Positions 1-14,200 of a stretch of 64,000 nt of DNA are shown in pieces. The first letter of the stretch is position 1, and every line of letters starts with the position of its first letter. The notes under the pieces were generated by a model. The model saw only the letters and a list, made by a program, of their open reading frames with translations, searched no databases and had not been told where the DNA came from. Origin of the DNA: Tubulanus polymorphus (lineage: Eukaryota > Animalia > Nemertea); the NCBI RefSeq assembly GCF_964204645.1, contig NC_134034.1, forward strand, positions 4,295,814-4,359,813. The letters run 5' to 3'. The translations under genes were made by a program, and so were the position numbers.

Positions 1-297
1 TACGCAGCTGTCCGACGCTCGCCATCGTAACCTAATGTATTGACGGCCAGTTTTTGGATATCTTGCTCAAATTCGAAATTTGTGTGTGAGTTTCTTTTCC
101 ATTGGTAGTAGGCGTGAAATCCCGAATGCACCGTGGGCGATCATATAAAAGTTCAAACTATCACTAACTATCATATAATAACAAAAATACATGTATTGTT
201 GATAATAGTTACAGGGCATCTCCCCTCATGGTACAGCCCCGGTTAGGAGATGTAACACCAGATAACACACTAGATGTTGTGACGAGCAAAAGGTTCT

Positions 298-567
298 CAA
301 ATTAGTTCATTTTTAATGAACTTTGAAGTGGATTTAGACTCCCCTATCTATATGTGACAACACCATACACCACACGTACAAAACCTTCATTCCTCTACTC
401 GGATAATCTGTTTAGTAACTTTGAATAATTGATTCATTTATGAGAAACAATCTTTCAGTTTTAATTGAAATTTGACGCGGAAGACCAACTCTCTACTAGC
501 GACTCCTGGCGGTTCCTCGCCTGCCATACGCGGGATCAACCGCAGAAGTGGTGCGGATACCCCATTA
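298..567 (+). repeat. Dispersed repeat family A (about 270-290 bp)
   Basis: aattagttcattt..actagcga..ctggcggttcctcgcctgcca..ccccatt; at least 8 other full or partial copies in the window. Confidence 0.7.
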
Positions 568-1609
568 TAAGCGAACCCTGGTGGCAATTTTCGATTGCCG
601 CCTCAGAAGTGTTATCGGGCGCTCACCAGACGGACCTACGTACGTAAACAACTTGCGTTTAAATAAAAAACCCACTATAATTGTATCAAATACGAATTAT
701 TAAAAATTCTATTTCGTGCGTTGTTTATGATTAATCGAGATGTGAATAGTTTTTTTTTCACGTGCCGCCTGAAGTCGCTATTATTATTCACCTATTAATC
801 AAAATATTTTCTCATTTCATCGAATTCTGTGTCGAGCGTCGCTTGTTCTAACCGCAATATTGCCACCGACTTAGTGAAGTGCCTTCAAATTGCTCTTCTC
901 GCGGTACGCGGCGAGATTAATTTCGTTAGCCGCGTTTTATGACCAACCGACTTGTCGAGTAGGTGAGTACTAAATTACGGATTCAATTCATTTTCGAGCT
1001 CGCGGAAATTGTGGCGGTCTACATTTTTTGCGGGCTCGAACATGATCGATGAGTTAACGTAAACGCGTAGACTATTACAACGCACATTCCGAAGCGGATA
1101 CATAGCGATACACCGCAAAGACCACAACGTAGCGAATAAAACATCAACCTCATAGAACACTAGAATACCGCTCCAAAAAAATAATGAGTGTTTACCAGTC
1201 GGAGAAAAACCCTTATTTTCACCAATTTCGTTAGCCTATTTTACAAATATATTAGTACTTAACTCGATTACAAATCTCATACCCACCTTTTCCGTGAATA
1301 AAGGGAAATTTTTCGTGACTTCACGTGAGATAACAACCAGGCTTTAGATGATTGCACACTTAAAAAACTGGCCATCAAGACTTCGCAACGTTCAGCACTT
1401 TGCCTTAAATATATTCTTTTTGATCGAATAGGATCTTGACAAACCGACATTCTATCAGCACGCTTTCAAAAAGCAATCGTGAACTCTGCATAGGTCCAGG
1501 ACTTCACTTCAGACATTTGTAGTCGAAATTGGGCTACAAACGCGAGTTTAATTATGATAGATTTTAAGAAATGTGATAACTCTGGCTTGATTCTGAACTA
1601 TAGACTCCG

Positions 1610-1745
1610 CCTCACTCGGTACCGTTGGCCAGGTAAAACCGGCTGCGTCGGCGAAATTCCGTAAAGACTTTCTGATCCCTTATGCTTGAATTCATCCCCT
1701 ACTCAGTATCGCTCTACTCGGTAAACCGCCTTACTCGACGGATTT
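1610..1745 (+). repeat. Dispersed repeat shared with 43990-44125 (inverted)
   Basis: ccggctgcgtcggcgaaattccgtaaagactttctgatc matches the reverse complement of 44060-44105. Confidence 0.55.
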
Positions 1746-4677
1746 TGTGCTCAAATCCAGGGGCGTATCCAGTTTGACTGCCTCGCCAATGAAAAAGGAC
1801 ACTTTTTCAAGAAGAGGTACATTATATATTTCATTGAGGCCAACAGAATGGGTTGTTTGACCGAAAAAACAAACTTGTCTTAAACGCTTAGGCTATATCA
1901 GAATGATAGTACATTATAGGAATCACCCCCTCAATCACGTAAAATCATTTTCAACCATTTTTTACTCAACGAGAAGAACAATTGATCGAGGCACTGCACC
2001 CTTAGGAAATTTGGCCGGATAAAACAATCGGAAAGTTTTTAGTATTATTTAAAATTTCTCGGCCATTCCAAACAGGGCATTTCAGATGCTATGAGTACCT
2101 CACCTGAGTCATGTGAGGTACCCAACATCCAACCCCCTCCACACTGCGTCCTCTGCTCCGGCTTAAGCCCGGCAGATTTTAACAAATTACCCGTAAATTG
2201 TGATAAGTCTGATGCTGGATGAAATTTGTCGATGACGTATACATCATAAAATTCTCAGATTTCTAAGTCTAAGTCGCTATTCGCTTAACCCGGTTGAACA
2301 ATCACGAACAATTAGAACCGAATTCAGCGAAGCTTATACGAAAGATCGTCTCTGAATGAGTTGAAATGATTACTCGTAGGGCGAAGTCTAGGCCTACAAC
2401 TGTACGGCTGCGGTGTGTTAGGTGGCGCCGAGCTACATACCCATACCAGGGGCGGGACTAGCAAGATTGTTGAGTACTGCTCAGCTACGGGAGGGCGCCT
2501 ATATCATAGGAAATTTGAATTTTCAGGGCTCCGAGATGCAATCTGGTCCAATTTGGGACATCAAATCCTTCTCTGCATCCATATTACATTTTGACATGTC
2601 GAAGAAAAAATCATTCGTGAAAGATAAGACGTTTACCAATTTTCGTTCATTAAAAATGGCCATTTTAAATAACTTCTACCAGAACTTGAAAAGTCGTTTC
2701 TACAATCGTAAGTACCGCTCAAGCTGGATCCGCTCCTGAATACCTGCATTAAGGTAGATACCATACCGCTTGTCACTAGTCATTTCTAGTTCTGTTATTC
2801 TTTTTAACACCAGACAATAATACGAGACATTATCGTTATAACTCGTAAAATCCTTTCTCTTCTCTCGCTAGACAATGTCGGCGAGTTGCTGCGCATTCAT
2901 CACGCATATTTCACCTCTATGTTCGAGTAATCGCCGCCGACAGATGAGCGCGCGCCTGACGACACCAAACATAAATCATACACCCGACTCTGCTTACGAC
3001 ATTTCCAATATTGAGACAGAGGACCGCGTCATCGTCACCCGTTTTGGAAGATAAAGTTTAGAAAAAAGAAAAGTCGAAAAAAAAACACGTTTGATGGACG
3101 ATTTCGAAAATCTGGCTCGAAAGCAGCACGCGACATTTACCAATTCGCAAGAGCGATCTTCATACGATATGAGATAATGTTCGGAAGCTGAAATCCACAG
3201 AGCCAAAGCTCGCGTTGTCTATTTAAAAAAACAGTTTATTTTTCAAGTGCTACTTGTTTGACTCGACGCCGGGTTACCACACACAGCTCCTCTATACAAA
3301 TCCTACCGTTACGATATGAAGGCTGACAAATTGATACCTTCTTTCTCCTTTCTGCTTTGCTTAAAAGTTGACCCGGCCGGCCGCCTATCTACGCTGTACA
3401 TTATACGCTTTTTAATCATGTTCAATTCTACCATGATAGAATCGGCAGCTTTAGGAAGGAACTGATTACAAATTCCATTGCCGTTTACAAAAACGGAGCA
3501 TCAAAACGATTTTACAGAGCTCTGGTACCCATGCAGCCACAATGGCCCAGTTATTAAAGCACAAGACTTGCACCTGATGGATGAGCTGTCCGAGTCGCGC
3601 TACTTACCTGTAAATTGTTCGCCCCTTTAGTTCTCGACGTACACGGGTACTGGTCATAAAAGTTCACGAGTACATGGGCATACAAACTTGAAATGGTCCG
3701 CCCATTATGCCCTAGTAAGTCAGACTACCACACTGGGCGGACTAAACTTATCAACTAAAGCAAGCAGTCGATATACACTGGCGGATACCGATGGATCCTC
3801 ACTTGCCGCAAGTGGAATCTTCGATTGTAAGGTCGGAATTTTCCGATTCAGTTCATAAAAGGAGAACCGTAGCAAGTCCAAAGAAAATGGCGATCTCATA
3901 ACAACAGATGTCACGGCGTGACGATCAGTAGGTTGTCAAAATTACGTTTACGAAAACGATCCGGCCGACTGCGAGAAACAAGGCATCGTTTTAGCCTAAA
4001 ACGTGTGCGACAAGTTTGTTTTTTCGGTCAAACAACCCATTCTGTTGGACTCGTTTAAATACATATATACTGTCGGGCATCTTCAGCACAAGAAGAATTC
4101 GCATCAAACGATTGCGGATTAATTAAAACCTCGTTGTCTTGCGGTTCCCGTTACGGAAATTGGAAGCGGCGATGATCTTTAAGTGTCGATATTCGAAATC
4201 CGCATCAATAATCATCGAACACGGGGCTACACATGTTGTTGGTAGGCTAACACGTTTAATTCGCTCGAAGTCGAGAGTGCGCCGTTTTCTGGGCCACGTT
4301 TTCTTTTTTTTACCTGAGGAAAAAGTATCAGCGATGTGACGCCGAATGTCGATGAGATTTGACATGTGACATATATTTTTCCGACATATTTTTCCGCTCG
4401 TAATATCGGTAACTGCCTACGCGACCGGAAACGGAAGTCGGCTGATGGTAGCGTCTCTCGACCGTTGCCGGATGCATTTTTTCATCATTTACATGGTTGG
4501 AACAGGACATAAAGTCACATTTATGTAAATAGAAGTCAACCGTTATAAACAGATATAAATATACAGCCGTTGTAGCTATCGTGACAAGCCCAGTTCTAAT
4601 TCTAATGTATATACATTTCAATTTATCAGTCCGTTATTGAGTGTCCCATCGGAAGAGTGTTACCTCATTCTTACAAC

Positions 4678-5007
4678 CATCCTCCGCAGGCAGGTAATCG
4701 TACCTGGTGGTATCGCTACACTCAGCTGAGGCACGAACCCTGCCACACTAGACCGGGTACGCAGGCGCAAGCGTAGCCTTACCGGACGAAATCCTGCGGC
4801 ACCAATCAGATTTCTCGTTGTATATCACTAGAGGTTATAATTTCACGGAAGGATTATGAATGGGAAAACCCGGGCTAAAATAAAACGGGATTTCTGATTG
4901 GCAAATAATGACATCTTCAAATCTGCGCGTTTAGCTGCGCACTGAGTCTAGTGTGGCAGGGTTTCGTACCGTGGCAATCTAGATGCCATCAGGTTCGGAT
5001 CCCTGCC
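4678..5007. mobile_element. MITE family C (CATCCTC termini, 9-bp TSD, Mutator-like)
   Basis: Long TIRs; TSD TCTTACAAC at 4669-4677 and 5008-5016; homologous to 33885-34444 and 54934-55323. Confidence 0.75.
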
Positions 5008-5396
5008 TCTTACAACAGATACGATGAAACCGAATACCAACTAAACATTCATGTAAATACTCTGAAATGAGCAGAAATCTGCCCGATATTTAAGCGGAAC
5101 TACGGTATATATTTGCTAATTAGTATCGGATAGTATGGTTGCGTCTGGTGGTTTCGTGTCGTCGTGCTTACGAATTTATTTTCGTCGACGTGCACGAATC
5201 GTCCTTCGTCTTCACGAAATCGAATGTAATTAGCCGGTTCGGATATCGGATGCGGAATAGTCTAATAAACGGCTGCGTGAAGCAGATTGCAACGACAGAC
5301 ACTTCGTTAAAACGGAGTCGTGCGTCATTTACGCGAAGCTTTGTTTATTTAATTATACTAGCGGCTAGAAACTGATTTGCAATTGCAATATTGCAC

Positions 5397-5574
<178 letters not shown>

Positions 5575-6954
5575 GTGCAACTTCGTCCTAGTATGAGTTT
5601 TATATATGTATAACATAACTGAGTACCTGTTGCCCTCCTAAGCTCCGGAAGTCTTCCCCCAGTTACATATTCATACCCGAGTCCGACCCCATTCGCCGAT
5701 GAAATCCTAATATTCACCCTCGGTTCCGTATATCATTCCCGCGTGTAACAAGATATCTTAGTGTACGTTCTGTAGGTCGTCGATATATTCTGGTCCACCT
5801 GAGCTTCTCTGGGCTGCTCGTTTCTCTCAGCGGAGTACTCCGAACGCTGAACGAGATTTCCTGTCTAAACGAACGGAATCGGAACCAAGATGGTGGTTCA
5901 ACGATTGTTATGAACATTCAAGCAGAGTGAAACGAGCAGCCCGCTAAATTCCGATCCGAGTTAAGTGCATGTACACCTAAGATCCTGTTTGTTTGTAGTT
6001 TGAATCCGGACTAAATTGATGTATCTTTTGTTCTACTTTATATGTATATATGTAGATAAATCCGGATGAGGGGTGGCGACCCCTTTGTTTTCGGTCTCTC
6101 ATCGCCTAGCGCAAAGAACGAACATTTCAAGCAGTGCCAAAACTGCGGGTAGTTTTCATTTCTTGTTCCTTCCGTAATTTTTTTAAAAAACTGGTTCCGG
6201 GCTTTCTTTTGCAGTTTGATTTCATCTTTGCTTTATATTTAGTGGACGCTCGTTTCCTGCAATAGCCACTTGCTTCCCTTGGGAAAAATATCTATCGCAC
6301 TCTCCCGAGATATTCGCGACATCGACCAGTTCGACTTCGACCACATTCGATAAAAACTGTTCCTGTTTCAAAGTACATATAGTGACTACGAACCTCAGCT
6401 ACATCACTGCAGAACTTGTCACGAGGAACAAGCACTTCATAAATTTTTATCATGATCATTATCATTGGTGGGCAAACTACATATGCGTGCATAGATGTTT
6501 TGAGAGGTCAAATTGTCTTCAGTTGGTTGTTAATTATAAGCCTATGCAGCCTGCAAGCCCGGTCCAGACGTCGACAACGCTGTTGAAGCCGGCTATGGTT
6601 GACAGTCAATTCATCGATTAACTCGATCCGGAAATTTTGACATTGAGCCACCGATTACAGGCCAATTTTTATCACAGGAACTGTTCATTTCCAAATAAGT
6701 AAGGCCTAGTAAATTGGTCTATTTGTTTTCTTGTGGATTATACGAATTTTACCAGTTTAATCAATCGAGTAAGTGACAGACTCTTACTCTGTTCCACTAA
6801 AAATTGATTTTGTTTTTGAAATAACGCCAGATTGTCTTTCAAAGCAAACTCTTACATGGTACAAAATCGCAGAGTAGAATGGGAAACACGTAACACCAGC
6901 TATCCCGCCAGACGGCGTGACAAATACTTTGTCTTTTGTATATACATGTGTAAT

Positions 6955-7035
6955 AGTTTTCCTCCATATACCATGTAAATGGTTGGAGTGTAAATAAAAT
7001 CGTAATCGTAATCGTAATCGTAATCGTAATCGTAA
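6955..7035 (+). mobile_element. LINE/SINE 3' terminus with (AATCGT)n tail, family L
   Basis: cctccatataccatgtaaatggttggagtgtaaataaa plus hexamer tail; same terminus at 23560, 36066(-), 41284(-) and 48395. Confidence 0.65.
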
Positions 7036-7043
7036 TATTTCAT

Positions 7044-7335
7044 TGTCAAAATTAGTTCATTTTCAATGAGCTCTGAACTGAATTTTCAAGCTTCCGAATC
7101 AATTTATTATCACAGATCCCACCACGTATATTTAACAATTCAATTAACTTTATATAATTTTTCTACTCTGATATCGGTATCGTGTTCACTGATAATTGAT
7201 TTATTCAAAGAAAAGTTAAGAGAAAAGTAGTTCCAGCTTTCACGAAAAATGTAGAAGAAATCGAACGCGGAAGACCGAGTAATTAATAGCGAACCTGGCG
7301 GTTCATCGCCTGCCTGGAATCCTCGACTGCCACGC
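7044..7335 (+). repeat. Family A copy
   Basis: aaattagttcattttcaatga..tagcgaacctggcggttcatcgcctgcc..tggaatcctcgactgccac. Confidence 0.65.
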
Positions 7336-8162
7336 AGGTCGATTGTTGTAATTATACTAAAAAGCTCTTGCGTGGTATATATTCGACCCTGGCCGTAATT
7401 GGTCGATTACCCAAACTGACTATGTGACCACACAGTCTCGTTATGATGGGGGAGCTACGTAAAATATTGATTGATCGTAAGTGAAAACGGTCATAAACTC
7501 ATTGCGATAGCCAGAAACAAATACAACACCAGTCAGTGCGGTGTCTTACTAAATCATAGTCCGGATACAGGTTATTAGTATTAAGTAGTGATAACGTTAG
7601 AGGCGCTAATTCACTGGACGGCTTAGTGCATATTTACGTGCGTTATGTAGGTTAAGATAAGAAATAAGAAGAATAAGTTCATAAGAAATACGGATATAGA
7701 TCTCGTTAGAGTACCAGAATGGATTCCTTATAGTAACCTTTCAATATTTCGCTAAATTTGATTTAGTCATGTCAGGTAAGTTAAGTTATATACGTTACTT
7801 TATCCAGAATCAAATTCAACTTAGTCAACGAATATGTAATCGAAATAAAAGTTAAGCCGTTGAACTGGGTTCAGGGTCATTTTAAACCCGAACCACTGTT
7901 GAAATTGGTCCAGAGACAAATTCAACCCAGACCGGTGAACTTCGTGAATCACTTCTTAAGGAACGGATATTTCGATGTTTCGATCAACGAGAAATTAAAC
8001 GCATTCTATACAAATTATTTCATTTTCTATTACATATATATCAAATTAGAAAAGTAAGTCACGATAAACTTCTAAAGCCTAATACTTAATACTTGATAGT
8101 CTCATAATATAATTAGTCATAATAATTAATAATACTCTCAATGGTATACTCTAATACTTATT

Positions 8163-8355
8163 CACGATTGGTAGAACACTATATCCGTGTTGACGCGATG
8201 AGGAGAGAATCCCACAATGATGATAAAAAGTCCGAAAATGAAACTTCGAGATAGTAGTTTATTTCAACGTTTCGACTATATCCTAATAGTCATCTTCAGG
8301 AGTAATGAGATACTACAGAAATTATGAGATATATCATTGTGGGATTCTCTCCTCA
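8163..8355 (-). mobile_element. Hammerhead-bearing Penelope-like non-autonomous element, family D
   Basis: Minus strand reads CTGAAGA-T-GACTAT..ATAGTC-GAAA-CGTT (about 8266-8299). 13-bp TSD TCTAATACTTATT at 8150-8162 and 8356-8368. Inverted tail fragment at 8334-8357. Confidence 0.8.
8262..8302 (-). ncRNA. Minimal type-I hammerhead ribozyme motif
   Basis: CUGAAGA / 6-bp stem II GACUAU:AUAGUC / GAAA / palindromic ACGU / GUU cleavage triplet. Confidence 0.7.
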
Positions 8356-8404
8356 TCTAATACTTATTAACTGAGTGCGGTAATTAGGTACTGTATATAT
8401 TGAG

Positions 8405-8808
8405 AAGATTCGTGGAGTAGCCGTGTTAACCGCGTTTTAATTACATAACGTGACGGAGTAAGTACTCAATAGGTTAACTATTCACTTGACGCGTGAGCTT
8501 TCGCTAAAAATGTTTAGAAGCTTCATCAGGTGAATCAGTATAGTCAATGGAAAAACAACATTATTTATAGGCAGACTGACACTTTTTATAGAGAACTGAT
8601 TGAGAAGTAAATTAGTGTCAGTTCATTCAGTTCTGTCTAATAATTGTTAGTCTGCGTATGAATACTGTTGTTTTTCCATTTACTATGCTCATTCACCCGA
8701 TGATGTTTCAATACCATATGAGCGAAAGCTCGTGCGTCAAGTAAATAAGTCAAGTTAACTATTTACTTGATTAAGTTTAACCTATATTGTACTACTCGTC
8801 TCGTTATT
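8405..8808. mobile_element. Fold-back hammerhead element, family F
   Basis: Long inverted arms. Minus arm CTGATGA-A-GCT..AGC-GAAAGCTC (8495-8529); plus arm CCGATGA..GAAAGCTCGTG (8697-8734). Aged TSD at 8392-8404 and 8809-8821 (10/13). Confidence 0.7.
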
Positions 8809-9098
8809 TGTACACATCGAGTACGAGTCAATTAATATATTCGCCGGTTTTCTCCGGAACAATGGAATATTAAAAAAAGATAATTTCATTATCACGCATT
8901 TATCGAATCATTCCCCCGATCTGTGTTTGCAGATGCAAAATACGCACAATATGACGAAACTATGTTTCTTCGGGAAATAACATGCGTGTCGTCTGCGAGT
9001 CGGGAGTAAACACAACGCGCGCATACATAACAGATAATAGATATAGCGACAATACAGCTGTTCCTGAAAATTGCTGGTACTTACGGTGCTTTAGGTGT

Positions 9099-9316
<218 letters not shown>

Positions 9317-9679
9317 GAAAACGCATCGGGAATAATTGCGGAGAACTTTGTGAAACAAGCTGCTGCGATCCATCATAATTGATGTATAGATAACGAAGTT
9401 TAAACTGAGAAGTTTCATTTATCGGATTGTAGATTACCGACTTTCTAACTTTATTTGCTAAATTTCGCGATTAAAAAAGCAATACTTGTTCGACAGTTTA
9501 TGTTTCGACTCAATATAAACGAAGCCTTTAGCAACATACTCATTTGAAAAGGAATTGGACCAATCATTTTAGCTCAGTAAGTTTCAATTTTCTTTTGATT
9601 ATGGGCTTTTTTGCCTATACCGACCGATTTTTTCATAAATTTTCGCAATGGGGGGAGACCGGAGAATAATCATAGACCG

Positions 9680-9770
9680 AGATACTCGGTTGCCACAGGG
9701 CTTGAACTCATAAATCCTGGATTGACGAGACCATTGACCGGCAGTCTAACCCACTCGGCCACAGCCACTC
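9680..9770 (-). mobile_element. tRNA-derived SINE head
   Basis: Minus strand A box TGGCCGAGTGG and B box GAGTTCAAGCC; no complete cloverleaf. Confidence 0.55.
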
Positions 9771-10890
9771 AACGTGATATGTTTTAATGCAGGGACGTAT
9801 TCGCAAAAGACATATTCGCAAATGTTTTCTTACTAAGTTAGTTGCTAACTATGTATGGTTAAACTATATGTTGTAAGGAACTTAACAAGAAACTATAGGC
9901 TTGGTAAGGTTACATAAATACGTCTGCTGGAGCCTAACTATTTGGCCATACGTTAGAAAAGGAACGTAAATTACCATCATGTTTTCATCTCAGATACGTA
10001 ACTCGAACTACACCTGGAACCAAGTTCCATATTTGAAATCAATTGCTATTCGACTCTGAACGATGATTATATGGATTGAAATTCGATTCCGAAGAACGAT
10101 AAACAGGAATTCGACTCCGTTTTTAAATGTTCGATTGCGAGCATGTTTTCAGCCATCTAACTCGCGCGGAGCTTGATCATCAAGGGGCGTTCAAAACGCC
10201 GGTTTACATTTCACAAAGCTTCCACCACACTGGATTCGGTTCCAGTGAAGTTTGGATCGACTTTACTCTACAATCGAACAAACACTGTTATTCAAATAGT
10301 TTCATATCATAAAACGTAGAAGACTGTAAAAAAAGAACGAATATCAACTCAGCCGTCATAGAATCCGCGAATGGAGGTAGGCCTATCATGTTTTGTGATA
10401 AAATCTTCTATTTTGTGACTTTGTTCTAATTCGGTTCAGGTGTAGATCCATTTCGACTGTGGATATACGTGCAGTTAGGGCACGTAGGTTAAGATATATA
10501 AATTATCTTAGATTCTAAAAGAGTCAAATTCAAGTTGTTCATACACGTAGAACTGCGTGTGTTCAGTGTCAGTTAAACTATAATATGTTGATTGAACTCG
10601 TTCAGTTAATTAGAAATTTGTCGATGTTTTGGCGAGGGGGGTGGGGGGGGGGCGCCAAAATGAAGGTTCGTTTAGGCGCCAAAACGGGATATTCTTTGTT
10701 TTGGCGCGCCAAAACGCACTGAAGAGAAAATTTGACGTTTTTTTCGATTCGGCGTTATCGCGTTCTGGCGCCCTCATTTGCATACCAGGAATTTAACGTT
10801 ATGGCCCTAATCAGCCACGATACATAAAGAATAACCCGGCTAAAAAGAAACGTGATTTCGGACAATGACATTACGACAAAGCTGCGAAGC

Positions 10891-11208
10891 TGAGTCGAGA
10901 AGAAACACAAAATCCGTGTGTGATGAAAAACGAGATAAGCCATCATCAGGCGCACCGAGAGCAGAATGAAATAACATTCGCTGTCTTCGTTCCCTGGTTT
11001 TTGTTGTTAAATGACTTAATCCTTAAATCTTAATCCTTTAATCTTTTTCCCTTTGTTCAATAGTATAAATATTCAGTTATTTCATTCTGTTCTCAGTACG
11101 CCTGATGATGGCCAATAGTATTTAGCCGAAACGTTGCTCGAAATATAGATATCATTTTAATATAGAAGTTTCATTTTTGGCTGAATTCATCGTGGGATTT
11201 CTCTCGTT
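10891..11208. mobile_element. Fold-back hammerhead element, family D
   Basis: Plus strand GC-CTGATGA-T-GGC..GCC-GAAA-CGTT-GC at about 11100-11137; inverted arm at 10939-10975; 11-bp TSD AGCTGCGAAGC at 10880-10890 and 11209-11219. Confidence 0.78.
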
Positions 11209-11538
11209 AGCTGCGAAGCCTTAAGCGCGTGGTGGGTCTATTCGCGCAGCACAGGTTTCTCCTTAGGGGTTGTGTCGCGATGCAACGCGTTACAAATTAC
11301 CCGCTGAGGGAGGAAGCAAAGTTGAAGTTTGCGTAGAAATCTGATAAAACCGGTTAATTTGAAGTGTGCGTTCCGGGCCGACACATGAGCCGAACTTTTT
11401 GTACCCAGTCCCACAGCGTTCGAGACCCGGGTTCGGTCCCCGGCGAGTACGTATTATTTCAGTGTCACTTCTCTAAATCGCTACATCGGTGGAGAACGTT
11501 GAATTTAGTGGATCCAGATCCGGTTCGCTCCGTTTACC

Positions 11539-11652
11539 TTGGGTCCAGTTCCACAGTAGCGAGTTATGATTTATCTCTGAGTTAACTCATTGAAAATGAA
11601 CTAACTTAAACTCAGAGTTAACTCTACCTAAGAACTGTGGAACTGGGTCCAG
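11539..11652. mobile_element. Short palindromic MITE, family K
   Basis: TIR tgggtccagttccacagt / actgtggaactgggtccag; relatives at about 21027-21147 and 31678-31790. Confidence 0.7.
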
Positions 11653-12074
11653 GTCATTTTTAACGATTCAAACCCGGAGGCAACGTGAGCGGAATCATAC
11701 TGTAAATCACGTTGGGCTGACAAAGATGAAAAAAATGCAGTTTTTCTTCGCCGAGTAGCAACGAGGCTTCTGCCCGTGTAACGACTACATCGTTGCGGCG
11801 CAGGGGTAACAGCTGCTCCGGTTCTCGTCGGATTCTACTCCTCTCAGTTAACGTCGAGTAGCTTTGTACTCCTACTTGACAATCGGGACGGAACCTGTTG
11901 AGATCGTGAGAGCGCGGTAGTTATATCAATTCACCGTTTGAAGGGTTGTTCGCCGATCTTCAAAATTAATCGTCCACCCGGCGCAATACGGAACAACATT
12001 TTAACGTAAACAACGATCGAATTCTATTTCGGTTTCAATATTTCTGATTATATATAGATGCCGATTTCACATAT

Positions 12075-12206
12075 CTGGGGCCTGTTGCACAGTCGTGACT
12101 CAAGTCCAAAAGTGGTCTTAAATCTTAAGACTGGTCTTAAGTTGTTATATCGGCTAGAGAACTAAGTCGGAGCAAGTCTAAGTCATGACTATGCAACCGG
12201 CCCCAG
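12075..12206. mobile_element. Short MITE
   Basis: TIR ctggggcctgttgcacagtcgtgact / agtcatgactatgcaaccggccccag. Confidence 0.75.
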
Positions 12207-13647
12207 AAGATCAAGTTGCTCAAATTATCCAGTGGATGTACATTGAAAATATTAAGTGTTATAATATCAATTGAGGGGGCCAAATGAAGCAAATTGCTCA
12301 TTACTTTCACCATTTACGATTTCACCGAGGACCTTAATGTCTGACATACCACGGATTGGTAATCACTAGCATCGTAGAGCGACGCAGATCACTGTCGTGA
12401 AAAAAAAACTCTTCCATGACTCGGTGAATTGCTGATATATAACGGCCTTAGAAATGACCTTGAAATGCAATCAAGTGATTCACTTAGTAGAATATATGCT
12501 GGTCAAAAACTAGTCCTGGCGCTAGTCCAGTATACGACATTATAGTGCGTGTGTAGAGTTACACTGCGTTCTTCGGTTAGTGTTAACAGCGTTTGACAGT
12601 TGACAGTTGACAGTGGACAGTTAGAGTAAACGACGAGACGAGCTGGCAACCTGTCAACCATGACTGCAGTGTGGCTTTTATTTCATCTGCCTTTTGCTGA
12701 TATTTTTCTTCATTATATAGAGTGTCATTGTTTATCACATATGCATTGTGTAAGAATCATAAGGCTGCGGATAACATAGGCCTATATATGTTTAATATTT
12801 CGAAAATACCAAAAAAGGTACATGAATAAAATTGCAAATCTATTTCTGGGGCACATTCGCATGCGATTTCACTGTCGAAACAGGCAAGTTCATGCGTGAA
12901 TAAGCGTCCCCATATTTACCTATTTAAGTTCATGCTGCATTGAGCGTTACGTTATTTCGGTATAAAAACGAAATATCAACAACCAATCTATCAGCACAGA
13001 TAGCAGCTGATTCAAACATGAATTCTATCTAACCTCAAAAAGCGCCGGGGATAATTGATTTCGTAAAGATGTCCTACCATGTCTGCGACAAGGCATTTAT
13101 TCTTTAAGCCAGCTCCAGAAACACATTCGCCAGGGGCAACCGCTTAACGCCGAATCGCCGAAACGCCGGATTTTTCCGGACTGCGATACAGACCCAAGAT
13201 TATTACACCAGCGTTTAGCCTTTTACGAAGTGGATATTTAACCGTATACGGATAAGTATTTACTTCCATTATTTTACCGCACATTATTACTATATATATA
13301 TATAGTATTAACTAATAAAACTAACAATAAAATCATTATATTGGGTCTAGGGCTAGGGTTTTGATAGGGTTAGTGTCAAAAGGGTGAGAAGAGGGTCCAG
13401 AGGGTTCCGTTTTGCCCCTAGGGATAGGATTAGGGTAAGGTGAGGTACTATAGATAGTTAAAACATTCACATGATTGTCAGCGAGCTCGTTGGTCTAGTG
13501 GTATGACGCTGCGCTCGTAATCGTATCGGTGGGGTTTCAATTCGATCGAATTGCAGATGCCCACGACGTTTACTTTTTAATGATATGTCTTTCTCTTCTA
13601 ATGCAACCAGACGACGTGTCGTTCATCTTGGGTTATCATAGGGAGGA

Positions 13648-14200
13648 TGTGTAGGGTGTCACATGTCAAACGTCCTGTGGAGTCGTCACCTAACTGGTGT
13701 GTAGGGTGTCTACCTGTCAACCGTCCTGTGGAGTCGTCACCTAACTGGTGTGTAGGGTGTCATCTGTCAACCGTCCTGTGGAGTCGTCACCTAACTGGTG
13801 TGTAGGGTGTCATCTGTCAACCGTCCTGTGGAGTCGTCACCTAACTGGTGTGTAGGGTGTCATCTGTCAACCGTCCTGTGGAGTTACCACCTAACTGGTG
13901 TGTAGGGTGTCATCTGTCAAGCGTCCTGTGGAGTCGTCACCTAACTGGTGTGTAGGGTGTCATCTGTCAACCGTCCTGTGGAGTCGTCACCTAACTGGTG
14001 TGTAGGGTGTCATCTGTCAACCGTCCTGTGGAGTCGTCACCTAACTGAGGGTGTCATCTGTCAACCGTCCTGTGGAGTCATCACCTAACTGGTGTGTAGG
14101 GTGTCATCTGTCATCCGTCCTGTGGAGTCGTCACCTAACTGGTGTGTTGGGTGTCATCTGTCAACCGTCATTTAGAGTCATCACCCTAGTATGTAAGGTG
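13648..14200 (+). repeat. 50-bp minisatellite, about 11 copies
   Basis: Unit gtgtagggtgtcatctgtcaaccgtcctgtggagtcgtcacctaactggt repeated head to tail with degenerate edge units. Confidence 0.95.

Noticed and set aside
13482-13560. Functional tRNA genes (also 9680, 19100, 25730, 38910)
   Set aside because: A/B-box-like motifs present but acceptor and anticodon stems do not close; repeat-derived
13648-14200. CRISPR-like array
   Set aside because: Contiguous, nearly identical 50-bp units with no unique spacers, no cas genes, eukaryotic context
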